Positions 28,182-36,841 are shown, counted from the first letter of the stretch. The stretch is 64,000 nucleotides of DNA from an uncultured virus (IMG/VR IMGVR_UViG_3300046663_000194) (IMGVR_UViG_3300046663_000194); one strand, 5' to 3'. The notes: a model not told the origin generated them from the letters alone. A program made the numbers and translations.

Positions 28182-29189
28182 TTAGACCTGCGTGATGGCG
28201 CTGTAGAAGAAGCCGAGGTCGGATGACACCACCTGCATGTCAAACGCCATCTCGCCCTCGATCCTGACCAAGCCCATGCCGAGCCAGTTCATCGGGATTT
28301 GCGAGATGCGAATGCCGAGACTGTTGAGTCCGGTGAAGCCGGTCCAACCAAACGTGTAGCCTGCTGACGGGACCATTAGGCCCGGTGCTGGCGGCGAATA
28401 GGTAAGCAGCGCGTTCTTACCGGCGACGAAGCTCATCGACGCGGTGACGTTTTCCGACGCGGTGTTGTAGACGGCTTTTGACACTACGATGGCCGCGATG
28501 TCGAAAGCCTGCGCGAGCAATTGCGGCGTGATCGTGCCTGCGTAAGTCGCCATCGTATATTTAATACGATCAACAATCAGAGGGTGTTTGCGGAGCGCTT
28601 GATACACGTTCCACGAAATCGTGAGTTTGTTCGGCATGTAGCCGGTATTTTGCAGGATCGTGGTTTGACCAAAAGCAATGTCGGTAAAGGGATCGCCGTT
28701 CGCATCGTCGTCCCAGAACACCGGAGTGGTCGTTGCGGGTGATCCGCCGCTAGTGCTTGCTGTTCCGGTTGCGTCCGTGCCCCAGACGCCAGTTTTCATA
28801 TACTGGGTCATGAAGAAGCGGTCGCGCCGGATGAGAAGCTTTTGCATCAGAACGCGCGTAACCGTCACATCGACATCAACTGCCGGGTCGGCGTTGGCGC
28901 GAACTTGTGGGCCGACATCTTGATGGAGACCCCAAACTTCAGCCGCGTAACTCTGCGTCTTCAAGCTGACGCCGGAACCTGCGCTCTCGGCACCGTCTGC
29001 TCGAAGCTGCGCTTCGTCGCGGTAGAAGTCCGCCTTTTGCCAAACGAAATACTTGTTCGCCTGGAATTGGACACCCACCATCGGGAACACTTTGTCCGCG
29101 ACGTAATTGTCCTCGCTTTGGAAGTAGGCCACCGCGACGTTCGTAAGGGCTGCCTGTACGTGAACGTCTTGAAGAGTCGGTTGGGGCAC
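28182..29189 (-). CDS. major capsid protein (HK97 fold)
   Basis: DVHVQAALTNVAVAY, ADKVFPMV, LRKHPLIVDRIKY, PSAGYTFGW, DLGFFY; GTG start with AGGAGG. Confidence 0.93.
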   Translation of the reverse strand: MPQPTLQDVHVQAALTNVAVAYFQSEDNYVADKVFPMVGVQFQANKYFVWQKADFYRDEAQLRADGAESAGSGVSLKTQSYAAEVWGLHQDVGPQVRANADPAVDVDVTVTRVLMQKLLIRRDRFFMTQYMKTGVWGTDATGTASTSGGSPATTTPVFWDDDANGDPFTDIAFGQTTILQNTGYMPNKLTISWNVYQALRKHPLIVDRIKYTMATYAGTITPQLLAQAFDIAAIVVSKAVYNTASENVTASMSFVAGKNALLTYSPPAPGLMVPSAGYTFGWTGFTGLNSLGIRISQIPMNWLGMGLVRIEGEMAFDMQVVSSDLGFFYSAITQV

Positions 29190-29244
29190 GAGTCCCTCCT
29201 GTTAAATCGGCCCTGCGGCCGTCGCTATGTGTTCCCGCTTCGCT

Positions 29245-29721
29245 TTAGGTGATGGTCGAGCCGCGAGCGCCGCTGGCGTTAACCATTACTGTGAACAGCG
29301 CGCCGGTACTTGTCGGCGCTTCGAGCGCATAGCCAATCGGCGGACCATTGCCGGAAGCAAAGACGACGAGTTCGCCGCTCTGTCCCGTTGGTGCCGAAGA
29401 TGGCTGAATAAGATTGCCCATCGTCAGACTGGTCGAGCCAGCAATGGCCTTGGAGATTCCAAGGAAGCCAATGTCGGCCGCTTCACCAGGACCGGGCTTG
29501 TTCTGCAAGATGCCAATCACCGAAACGAGAGATGACGGCGTGATGCCCGAACTGCCGAGGCGACACTGCAAGCTGTTAAGCGTGCTGGTGTAGACCCAAT
29601 AGAACTGCCCCGAACCTTGCGGGCCGTTCAATGTGGTTCCTGTCACGGTCGAGTTGCGCGCATCGTCGAGCGTCGAAAGCGTCAGCCAGCCGAGGCGGAT
29701 AAGCGGGTCTTGCAATGCCAT
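29245..29721 (-). CDS. capsid cement/decoration protein
   Basis: IGILQNKPGPGEAA...GISK, IGYALEA; upstream of MCP. Confidence 0.85.
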   Translation of the reverse strand: MALQDPLIRLGWLTLSTLDDARNSTVTGTTLNGPQGSGQFYWVYTSTLNSLQCRLGSSGITPSSLVSVIGILQNKPGPGEAADIGFLGISKAIAGSTSLTMGNLIQPSSAPTGQSGELVVFASGNGPPIGYALEAPTSTGALFTVMVNASGARGSTIT

Positions 29722-29748
29722 GGACGTTAGCTCCTGTTTTCGCCGCCG

Positions 29749-30696
29749 TTAGGCCAGCTTCTGCACCTTAGCCAATCGCTCCTGAGACTCGCGCTTAGCG
29801 ATTTCCGGGTAGACCTCCATCGCTCGAACGTAGGCCGAAGCCTCCGTGAGCTTAGGATCGGCTTTTTGGATTTCCTTCGCCTTGGCGAGCAATTCGTCGT
29901 GCGCAGTGATATTGGCTGCGCCGCCGCGATTGTCGCCAATCTCGTTGAACAGACCGGCCTTCTCGACCTGCGTTTGCAGCTTGCGAATGGTTTCTTCCAT
30001 CCAGCCGAGCGCGGCGACATCGCCTGCATAAGCCTTGCGAAGCTTCTCGCCGTCTTCCTTGACCAGTCCGAGAGAGGTAGCGCGCTTGGCAAAATCCTCA
30101 CGCGCTTGGCGTTCGGTTAGATCGTGAACGTGCTTGCGCAGATCAACAATCTCCGCATCGCGCTTGGCGAGTTCTTCTGATTTCTGAACCGGCTCGATTG
30201 GTGCCTTTTTGTTCATAAGCTCAGCAATCTTTTTCGCGCTGCCTTCGCCAAACATTTTGTCTAGCATCTTGGCTGCGTCGTCTTCATCCGGCTCGTTGTC
30301 ATCAGCCACCGGCTTTGGGTCTTTCTTCTTATCGACATCTTCCTTGACGACACCGGCTTCCTTGAGCGCGCCCGCGACGACGCCTTTGATGAGGGTTTCA
30401 AGGTCTTCCTTGCTGACATCGAGCGGCATGGTTTTCTCCTTAGAGTCGTCGTTTAGGAAGGCGTGGAATTGTTTGAAGCACTCGACCGTCTTTTCGACAG
30501 ACGCGGCGTTGGTATCGCCAGTGCCAATGATGGAAGTAAGAGCAAGCTCAAGCGCCTTGAGCGCGTGTATTTCTCGCTTACCGTCAGAGCCTGCAAGTTC
30601 ATCTCGCTTCATGAGCAGAACCCGAACACCCTTGCCCGCGCCCCGATCAACCGAACTGACTTCATCGATTCGAAGGTTCTTTAGTTGTCGCGGCAT
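29749..30696 (-). CDS. capsid scaffolding protein with N-terminal protease-like EVSxVD motif
   Basis: MPRQLKNLRIDEVSSVDRGA start; charged helical body; FNEIG...AYVRAMEVYPE C-terminus. Confidence 0.85.
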   Translation of the reverse strand: MPRQLKNLRIDEVSSVDRGAGKGVRVLLMKRDELAGSDGKREIHALKALELALTSIIGTGDTNAASVEKTVECFKQFHAFLNDDSKEKTMPLDVSKEDLETLIKGVVAGALKEAGVVKEDVDKKKDPKPVADDNEPDEDDAAKMLDKMFGEGSAKKIAELMNKKAPIEPVQKSEELAKRDAEIVDLRKHVHDLTERQAREDFAKRATSLGLVKEDGEKLRKAYAGDVAALGWMEETIRKLQTQVEKAGLFNEIGDNRGGAANITAHDELLAKAKEIQKADPKLTEASAYVRAMEVYPEIAKRESQERLAKVQKLA

Positions 30697-30729
30697 TGGT
30701 TCCCGCCCAATTCTCAAAAATAAAGACAA

Positions 30730-30758
30730 TTGCGCTAAGCCCCTAGCGACACTATGAT
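30730..30758 (+). promoter_or_regulatory. sigma70-like promoter, probably leaderless transcript
   Basis: TTGCGC-17 nt-TATGAT, ATG 5 nt after the -10. Confidence 0.55.
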
Positions 30759-30763
30759 TCGTC

Positions 30764-31018
30764 ATGTTTTTATGGGATCAAAGCTCGCGCACGATACTCA
30801 CCTTCATAATAGGCAGTACCGTCGAGAAACATTGGTTTACTGAGATTCAGAACGGGTGCGGATTATCGCCATCCGTAATCGCTTCGACACTGAAGCGACT
30901 CACAGACGCGGAAATCTTAATTCGTGAGGCGGAACGTTACGTAGGCGAATCTGACTTTAGAGCGCCACGCGTTTATTACAGCATCAGTCCAGTCGTAATT
31001 GACTACCTTCGTCTATAA
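30764..31018 (+). CDS. winged helix-turn-helix regulator
   Basis: FTEIQNGCGLSPSVIASTLKRLTDAEILIRE...PRVYYSI. Confidence 0.8.
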   Translation: MFLWDQSSRTILTFIIGSTVEKHWFTEIQNGCGLSPSVIASTLKRLTDAEILIREAERYVGESDFRAPRVYYSISPVVIDYLRL

Positions 31019-31206
31019 AAAATGCCAATCATCTTTTCTTTTGCCGAACCTCAGCTCTCCACTCATTTACTATTCTTAGCGCCTCCGGTGGGGGATGCCG
31101 TTTGTTTGCGTTCGCCCAAACAATCGCATCTCTAGCCATAAGCCGCTGTAGTAATTTCACAGCCAAGTTGCTCTGCACAAATTGCACCATGTGATTACCT
31201 CAGATT

Positions 31207-31283
31207 TGGTTGCGCAGGGCGGATTTGAACCGCCGACCTCTTGGTTATGAGCCAAGCGAGCTACCGGGCTGCTCCACCGCGCA
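31207..31283 (-). tRNA. tRNA-Met(CAU), initiator-like
   Basis: 77-nt cloverleaf TGCGCGG...CT CAT AA...TTCAAAT...CTGCGCA ACCA; A11:U24. Confidence 0.95.
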
Positions 31284-31394
31284 TCAATGACTAGCGTGCA
31301 GAAATGTACCAATGAAGTTTAACACATTGGCTGCAATCGCAAAGCCGATGCCGAACGCCAAACCGAACAACAGGTCGTTAAGAAACTTCACCAT
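31284..31394 (-). CDS. small membrane peptide (36 aa)
   Basis: MVKFLNDLLFGLAFGIGFAIAANV...; GGAG RBS. Confidence 0.5.
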   Translation of the reverse strand: MVKFLNDLLFGLAFGIGFAIAANVLNFIGTFLHASH

Positions 31395-31397
31395 GTT

Positions 31398-31661
31398 TCA
31401 CTCTCCCTTAAGCGCGCCACGCTGAACGCGCGGTGCGAAAAACGCTCGCGTAGCACCGGCATAATCCCCGCGCTTCAATAGCTCATGAACGCCGCCGCTA
31501 GTCGTCGCCTTCTTGCGCGTCACGCGCATAGCAGGCTCATAACGATGCACGTCCTTATTGTGAGCGCTGTAATACCAATCCGGCCCCCACGTCGATTTTG
31601 GTCGCTCGCGTAGACAAGCGTTGCGACGACTACCGCGATAGGTCGAGGCGTCCCTAGACAT
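31398..31661 (-). CDS. hypothetical protein
   Basis: STYRGSRRN motif; packed. Confidence 0.6.
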   Translation of the reverse strand: MSRDASTYRGSRRNACLRERPKSTWGPDWYYSAHNKDVHRYEPAMRVTRKKATTSGGVHELLKRGDYAGATRAFFAPRVQRGALKGE

Positions 31662-31848
31662 CGAGCGGCCTTAGTTGCAACGCCCTGGTCGCTATGGCCG
31701 CCGCTTCATTCGGCATCTTGGATATGACCATTAGCGCCTTGACGAAGTGATAGTGCTCATTTTGCAGCTTTCTCAAGTCTTCGTGCAACTGCGAATTCTC
31801 TTTTCCGACGACGAGCAATCGCTCCATTGGATCGATGATTGTTTTCAC
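31654..31848 (-). CDS. hypothetical coiled-coil protein
   Basis: GGAG RBS, GTG start. Confidence 0.55.
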   Translation of the reverse strand: MKTIIDPMERLLVVGKENSQLHEDLRKLQNEHYHFVKALMVISKMPNEAAAIATRALQLRPLDV

Positions 31849-31998
31849 CTAACTTGCTCCATCGGGCGCTGTACTTATGCGGTTTAATCTCGCTACGACA
31901 TTTTGGGCAATAGGCGCGGCTTCCGCTGTAGAGCCGCCCACACCTGTCGGTTGGATGAACGAGCATCGTCTGAACGTGCGTGTCGCAGAACCAGTGCG

Positions 31999-33711
31999 CT
32001 ATACTACTGTCAATTCTACTTCGACGCGCTCGCCCTTGCCGCCTATGCTTAACTCTAGTTGCTCCCCGTCCTTGATCTTCTTCCACACTTCCGGGTTGTC
32101 TACTTTGAAGCCGAGAATCCACCCGCGTCTTTCGTCGGCCATACTGATACCGAACGTCTTGCATAACGCCTCCGTTGTTACAAACGACGCAACTACTCTG
32201 CCCACGTTTCGCTTGTCGTGCATGTCGCCTAGCTTGCCGCCCTGCAGCGTGAAGTCTTCCGCAGCCGAAAGCAAATCTTCCGGCAGAATATAATCATCCT
32301 GTTTGTCTACGATAATGCTGCCGTTCTCCTCGCTGACGTAAGCCCAACCGTAGAAAATTTGCTGCTCGTCATCAACCTTCGCGATGTTGAAGGTCATGGT
32401 CTTTTCAATTGGCGCTGGCGGCAAGACAAGCTTTGCTCTCTTGAACCAATCTTCGTCTGCCTCTGGAATATCGTCACCGCCCTCCCAAATCTTGTTGAAG
32501 TCCTCTGGCGGGTTAATCCACTTGGTTACTGTCGCCTGCGCTGCGGCGTCCAGGCGGTCAGGTGGTATCTCTAAGTCCTCATACCCGGCCGTTCCCTCGC
32601 CCTTCTTGGAAAACTCCTTCCCGTCAATGGTCCCGTCTGCCGGGAAGCCCGCCGCTTGCCATGCACTAAGCAATCGCTCGCCTCGGTGATGGGTAACGAC
32701 CGCTAAGCGACCAGAAAACTTAGCAACAGCGCCCGCAAGTGCTTTGAAGAATCGGCCTCGAAAATCGTTGAAGCTTTCGCCGCCTGGAATTTTCTCATCG
32801 GGCTTCTCTATTGCATAGCGGCACAGGATCGGCACCGCTTCCTTCGAGGTCTTGCCTGCGTACTCGCCAACGTTCCACGGCCGGAAGCCCTCGCTAACAT
32901 CATCAATCTTTTTGCCGGTAGCCTTGGCGATCATTTTCGCCGTTTCGTGCGCGCGATTGAGGTCGGACGTCACCAAATGATCGGGCGGCTCTTTCGCCAT
33001 CTTGTCGGCCAGCTTTTGCGCTTCGTCGCGCCCTTCCTGCGAAAGCGGAACGTTTGTCCAACCGCGAACGCGATCAACCGATGTGTCCTTGTTGTTTAGA
33101 TGCGTTGCGCCGTGACGGATAACAGTAATGGTACGATCAGCCGCCTTGCCAATCGACGCCGCCAACGCCTGCTGCAATGCGCTGCGCAATAACGGGTTAC
33201 TGTTTAACGCCTCGGTAAGCGCCTTGAGTTCGTTCGGCGTGGCTTCAAGCGAGGTCTTCTGCTTCAGCTTGAGCTTGTTGACTTGATCGGCTTCCGCCGC
33301 CTTGACCTGTTGAACCCACCAATCAAAGGCTTCGTTGGAACTGCCGTGGGTATCGAAGGTCGCGGTGTTCGGATCGAAGCCATCACTGCCGAGTATACGC
33401 GGCGACCCTAGCGGGCCGAGCTTCGCGACTTCCGCCGCCTCCCGGTCCCGGTCCACCTTCATTCGGTGATCGAACTCATACGCAACGCTGATGGGCGGTT
33501 CGGGCTTTTTCTTTTTCTTCTTTTCGTCCTTATCGTCATCGCCGCCAGCGGATGCGACATGTACATCGCCAACGCTAAAGTTTTTGCCTAATTCTCTCTC
33601 GACCATATCAGCGAGATTGGGTGCGTGCTCGCGCAGATATTTTACCAATGCCTCATCGCTGACGGCCCTATCCCCCACATGCTCGACGGCTTCAATAAAC
33701 CTGATCGGCAT
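31999..33711 (-). CDS. histidine-phosphatase domain fused to XkdF-like prohead serine protease
   Basis: VIRHG...GW.NVPLS..G, SDL.RA.ETA, GGES, VVTH; C-terminal AKVDDEQQIFYGWA...GDMH...WKKIKDG...SIGG. Confidence 0.85.
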   Translation of the reverse strand: MPIRFIEAVEHVGDRAVSDEALVKYLREHAPNLADMVERELGKNFSVGDVHVASAGGDDDKDEKKKKKKPEPPISVAYEFDHRMKVDRDREAAEVAKLGPLGSPRILGSDGFDPNTATFDTHGSSNEAFDWWVQQVKAAEADQVNKLKLKQKTSLEATPNELKALTEALNSNPLLRSALQQALAASIGKAADRTITVIRHGATHLNNKDTSVDRVRGWTNVPLSQEGRDEAQKLADKMAKEPPDHLVTSDLNRAHETAKMIAKATGKKIDDVSEGFRPWNVGEYAGKTSKEAVPILCRYAIEKPDEKIPGGESFNDFRGRFFKALAGAVAKFSGRLAVVTHHRGERLLSAWQAAGFPADGTIDGKEFSKKGEGTAGYEDLEIPPDRLDAAAQATVTKWINPPEDFNKIWEGGDDIPEADEDWFKRAKLVLPPAPIEKTMTFNIAKVDDEQQIFYGWAYVSEENGSIIVDKQDDYILPEDLLSAAEDFTLQGGKLGDMHDKRNVGRVVASFVTTEALCKTFGISMADERRGWILGFKVDNPEVWKKIKDGEQLELSIGGKGERVEVELTVV

Positions 33712-33732
33712 TTTACCCTCTCCCGTCCCAGA

Positions 33733-33948
33733 TTATGACCAGCGCCTTCCACGCGAAGCGCTGTCGTGCGGTATTTCCTCGGTACGTTCCTCGATCCTTG
33801 CCCTTACCCACGCAATTCTATCCTCGATTTGCTGAACATAATTATCGGGCCACGCCGTCCCCCCAACGCCATACAGCGCCCGCGCAGCAATTAACAGCAA
33901 TAGTTCGGTTTCCTTGTTCATGACCTTCTCCCTATTCTCATCTGCCAC
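33733..33948 (-). CDS. hypothetical protein
   Basis: Packed ORF. Confidence 0.5.
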   Translation of the reverse strand: MADENREKVMNKETELLLLIAARALYGVGGTAWPDNYVQQIEDRIAWVRARIEERTEEIPHDSASRGRRWS

Positions 33949-34034
33949 CTATGATGATCTGTACGATGAGCATGATCCAGAACAGCGTACCGCCGAGCGC
34001 GATCCATGTCATCGGGTGTTTTAGGTTTTCCCAA

Positions 34035-34664
34035 TCAATAGTCGTCATAGCGATACGGCGGGTCTTTACCTTCCGACGTGCGATCTTCGTAGGCAGGGCT
34101 GTCATCATAGCCATACACCCGATTCGTCTTTGTCAGATGGTAGACGCCAAACATGGCGCTGTCCTCGCCGACATGCACCTTCATGCCTAAACCCTCGGCG
34201 TACCCGACCCAATACTCCGCGCACTTGGCGGCGCTCGTCTGCTCCATCATGCCCTCGCGCTCAAGGGCGAAGCCGTGCAGATGCACCGCCCCGAAGCCCT
34301 CGTAAAGAGCAAGAGTAATCAGCCAATCGCAGCTATTGCAGTGATATTCGCCACGCGGATATTTCGCCTGCAATTGAGCGCGTGGAAATATCTCGGCGTG
34401 AGCCATGCGCTTATCCGGCCAGTCGTCGGCCAGGACGATACGAGTTTTAGGATGCTCCAACGCCCAGACCGCATCGCGCCAGCAGGGGTAGCCGTATTTC
34501 TTGAGTAGCGTGTAACGATGAACATTGAACATACGGTCGTAGCGCGGCACCCAATCCTTCACCGAAAAATTGATGCCCCAAATCTCAACGTCATCATCCT
34601 CCGCCAACTGGAAATCAAAGCAGCGCGCCTTTGCGCCGCCACCCAAGATGATGGCTTGTTTCAT
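34035..34664 (-). CDS. second Maf/sialyltransferase-like glycosyltransferase
   Basis: AIILGGG, EIWGIN, D..FNVH, IFPR, NS.DWLITLALYEGF..VHLHG, EYWVGYAEGLGMKV, YGY; homologous to 26144-27121. Confidence 0.7.
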   Translation of the reverse strand: MKQAIILGGGAKARCFDFQLAEDDDVEIWGINFSVKDWVPRYDRMFNVHRYTLLKKYGYPCWRDAVWALEHPKTRIVLADDWPDKRMAHAEIFPRAQLQAKYPRGEYHCNSCDWLITLALYEGFGAVHLHGFALEREGMMEQTSAAKCAEYWVGYAEGLGMKVHVGEDSAMFGVYHLTKTNRVYGYDDSPAYEDRTSEGKDPPYRYDDY

Positions 34665-34683
34665 AAAGTCCTCCTCTATTTTT

Positions 34684-34772
34684 GCGAGAGCCGATCACCT
34701 TGAACGGTTTTATGAGGCTACGCATAGCCCGTAGGGGCCGCAGGCGATCTTTCTGAAAGCCGAACCTCTCGC
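34684..34772 (-). promoter_or_regulatory. multi-stem structured 5' leader candidate
   Basis: GCGAGAG/CTCTCGC and GATCGCCT/AGGTGATC stems with inner hairpins, just upstream of the RBS. Confidence 0.4.
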
Positions 34773-34800
34773 TGCCCGACTTGGAGACTCCCCTACCAAA

Positions 34801-35229
34801 TTAGATGGTATCGGGATGCCCTTCCGGGTGATTGCCATTGCCCTTAGCAATCAAAAGCCGTTTCAAAATATATTTATTCGTCCCGGGCAGTTTCGTGTAC
34901 TTGTGTGGCTTTTTAGTAAACAATCTTTGTATTTCGGGCACCGAAACGGTCGAATCTATATACCCGGCAGCAACTGCCGACTGTTGACATTCAACCGGAT
35001 CAACACCAACGGGATTGTTAACGAAGAACCTATCAATGTTGCCATCCAGCCCAATGCGTGGCTCCATGCGTCCCTTTCTGCTTTTGGGACGGACGCTTTC
35101 TTCCGCCATCATCTCTTGCGACGAGATGTCGTCTGTCAAAAGAGCTACACCAAGTTCTCGTTGTTCATCGGTAAGACTCGTAACACCCCACATCATCGCA
35201 AGGGTTCTAATCTTGTCTTCTACTTTCAT
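34801..35229 (-). CDS. hypothetical protein, AT-richer (moron-like)
   Basis: AGGAGG RBS; visibly lower GC. Confidence 0.7.
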   Translation of the reverse strand: MKVEDKIRTLAMMWGVTSLTDEQRELGVALLTDDISSQEMMAEESVRPKSRKGRMEPRIGLDGNIDRFFVNNPVGVDPVECQQSAVAAGYIDSTVSVPEIQRLFTKKPHKYTKLPGTNKYILKRLLIAKGNGNHPEGHPDTI

Positions 35230-35241
35230 TACAACCTCCTC

Positions 35242-36570
35242 TTAGGTTTGTGTTTGATACTCATACTCACTTTCACTCTCACTGTCGTCTGGAACCATAG
35301 TTAAGTCTGTAACATAATCAACGCTGCACTCGCAATTAGGATGCACAGGCGGGTCGTCAATCGGGCCGTCGTCACTATCAAACGGTTCGTCTATCCCGAC
35401 GCCATCCGGGTTGTTGTCTGGTATCGACTCGCAGATCGGGCAGGGGCTATCGCCTAATTGCCATTGCCGCGTCAGCGCGTCTTCGGGAATTGCGCCACGA
35501 TCAACCGCTTGGCTGTAGGCGTCATGCAATCCTAAATTTGCTGCACGCGTACTCTCAGTCTGAGCAATCGTAGCAGCACGATAGTCCAAATAATTTTCAA
35601 TGTAATCTGACACCATGCTTTCGACAGCAGCATCCGACAGGTCGTTACCCGCGTCGATTGCGTCTTGGTAAACGGCGTCATACTCGGTGTTCCTTAGCTG
35701 CCGCTGTAGAGCTTTCGGGTCGAGGTCTTGTAGCATGCTCTGATAATTCAATACCGCCTGCGCCTGCGTATCGGTTAGGCCGATCATATCGCGCACACTG
35801 GCGGCGACCTCCTCCATATCCAAGCCTTCGCTAACGCCGTCCGATATAATCGTGTCGATTGCATCGCGCGCGTCAGTCTCTAATTGTGCGATCAGCCGAT
35901 CCTGCTCATCGCGTATCTCCTTCGCAATGTCAGGCGCGAACGCATCGAAGTTGAACTGATCGCCGGTTGCCTTCGTTATTTTGAGCAGCTTCGCAACAGT
36001 CGGCTCCCTGTCCTCGAAGAAGTCGCAAACATCATCAGCCATTATTCTGCCAGCGACCGCCGTGCAGTTACCGCCGCGACCTTCGCTGCCATCAAATGTT
36101 TCGGCGTACATCGAGCAAGTATCACATCGCGGATAGTCGGCGCGCCGCCCCAAACGTCCGGGCTTCCATTGCTGCTCCTGGGTGCGATAGTTTGCTTGCT
36201 TCTTCGTCGCCAGCCCACCCCATTCAACGCTACTTTGAAATCGTTTCTTAAACCGCACCTTGCGCCGCTTGGCGGCAAACAACCCGTTGATCTTGCGAGC
36301 GCCGAGCGCGCCACCAGCAGCGCGTAGCTTGCCGAGCCTATCGAACGGCCCGCGCAAGACCTCGCGGTAGTGATGCCAGTTGATAAGCATGGCAGGATTG
36401 ATGCCGTGCTTGAGCGCATCGATTACCTTGCCGACCGGCACCATATCGCTGAGATTGTTGAAAGCGTGCTGTAGATCGCGCGCAACGCCCTTCATGGCCG
36501 AACGCGATAGCCGCAAGATTGGATCGTCGTCGCGCTGATAATGTCGAGCGGGGCGGATGCGCTTTACCAT
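35242..36570 (-). CDS. MuF/SPP1 gp7-like minor head protein with inserted HiPIP-like Cys4 domain
   Basis: RAATIAQTE..RA, CPIC, PPVHPNCEC; insert ANYR..CDTCSMY..CTAVAG.I...DVCDFF. Confidence 0.9.
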   Translation of the reverse strand: MVKRIRPARHYQRDDDPILRLSRSAMKGVARDLQHAFNNLSDMVPVGKVIDALKHGINPAMLINWHHYREVLRGPFDRLGKLRAAGGALGARKINGLFAAKRRKVRFKKRFQSSVEWGGLATKKQANYRTQEQQWKPGRLGRRADYPRCDTCSMYAETFDGSEGRGGNCTAVAGRIMADDVCDFFEDREPTVAKLLKITKATGDQFNFDAFAPDIAKEIRDEQDRLIAQLETDARDAIDTIISDGVSEGLDMEEVAASVRDMIGLTDTQAQAVLNYQSMLQDLDPKALQRQLRNTEYDAVYQDAIDAGNDLSDAAVESMVSDYIENYLDYRAATIAQTESTRAANLGLHDAYSQAVDRGAIPEDALTRQWQLGDSPCPICESIPDNNPDGVGIDEPFDSDDGPIDDPPVHPNCECSVDYVTDLTMVPDDSESESEYEYQTQT

Positions 36571-36571
36571 C

Positions 36572-36841
36572 TCATCTCCATGCGACGTTTTGAGGAAGCT
36601 CAGCCGTTCCGTACACCTCAAGACATAGCCGACTTTCGCGCTCGTAACCAGTCACCTTGATCCAATCGTAGACCTCTTTATTGCGGAATCCATGTAGCGT
36701 CTGAAGCTGCGGGAGCCTTTGTTCTGCCTGCGGCTCGACCTCGCGATATAGCCAATCAACTATAACGTATTGGATGATGAACGGATTGAGCGGGCTACGC
36801 CATATTCGCGGAAAACCAGCAGCGCTTAGTTCTTCGCCCAT
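36572..36841 (-). CDS. hypothetical protein
   Basis: Packed ORF; start uncertain. Confidence 0.45.
   Translation of the reverse strand: MGEELSAAGFPRIWRSPLNPFIIQYVIVDWLYREVEPQAEQRLPQLQTLHGFRNKEVYDWIKVTGYERESRLCLEVYGTAELPQNVAWR

Noticed and set aside
31207..31283. tRNA as prophage attachment site
   Set aside because: Lies inside the head module; no duplicated 3' end or integrase noticed
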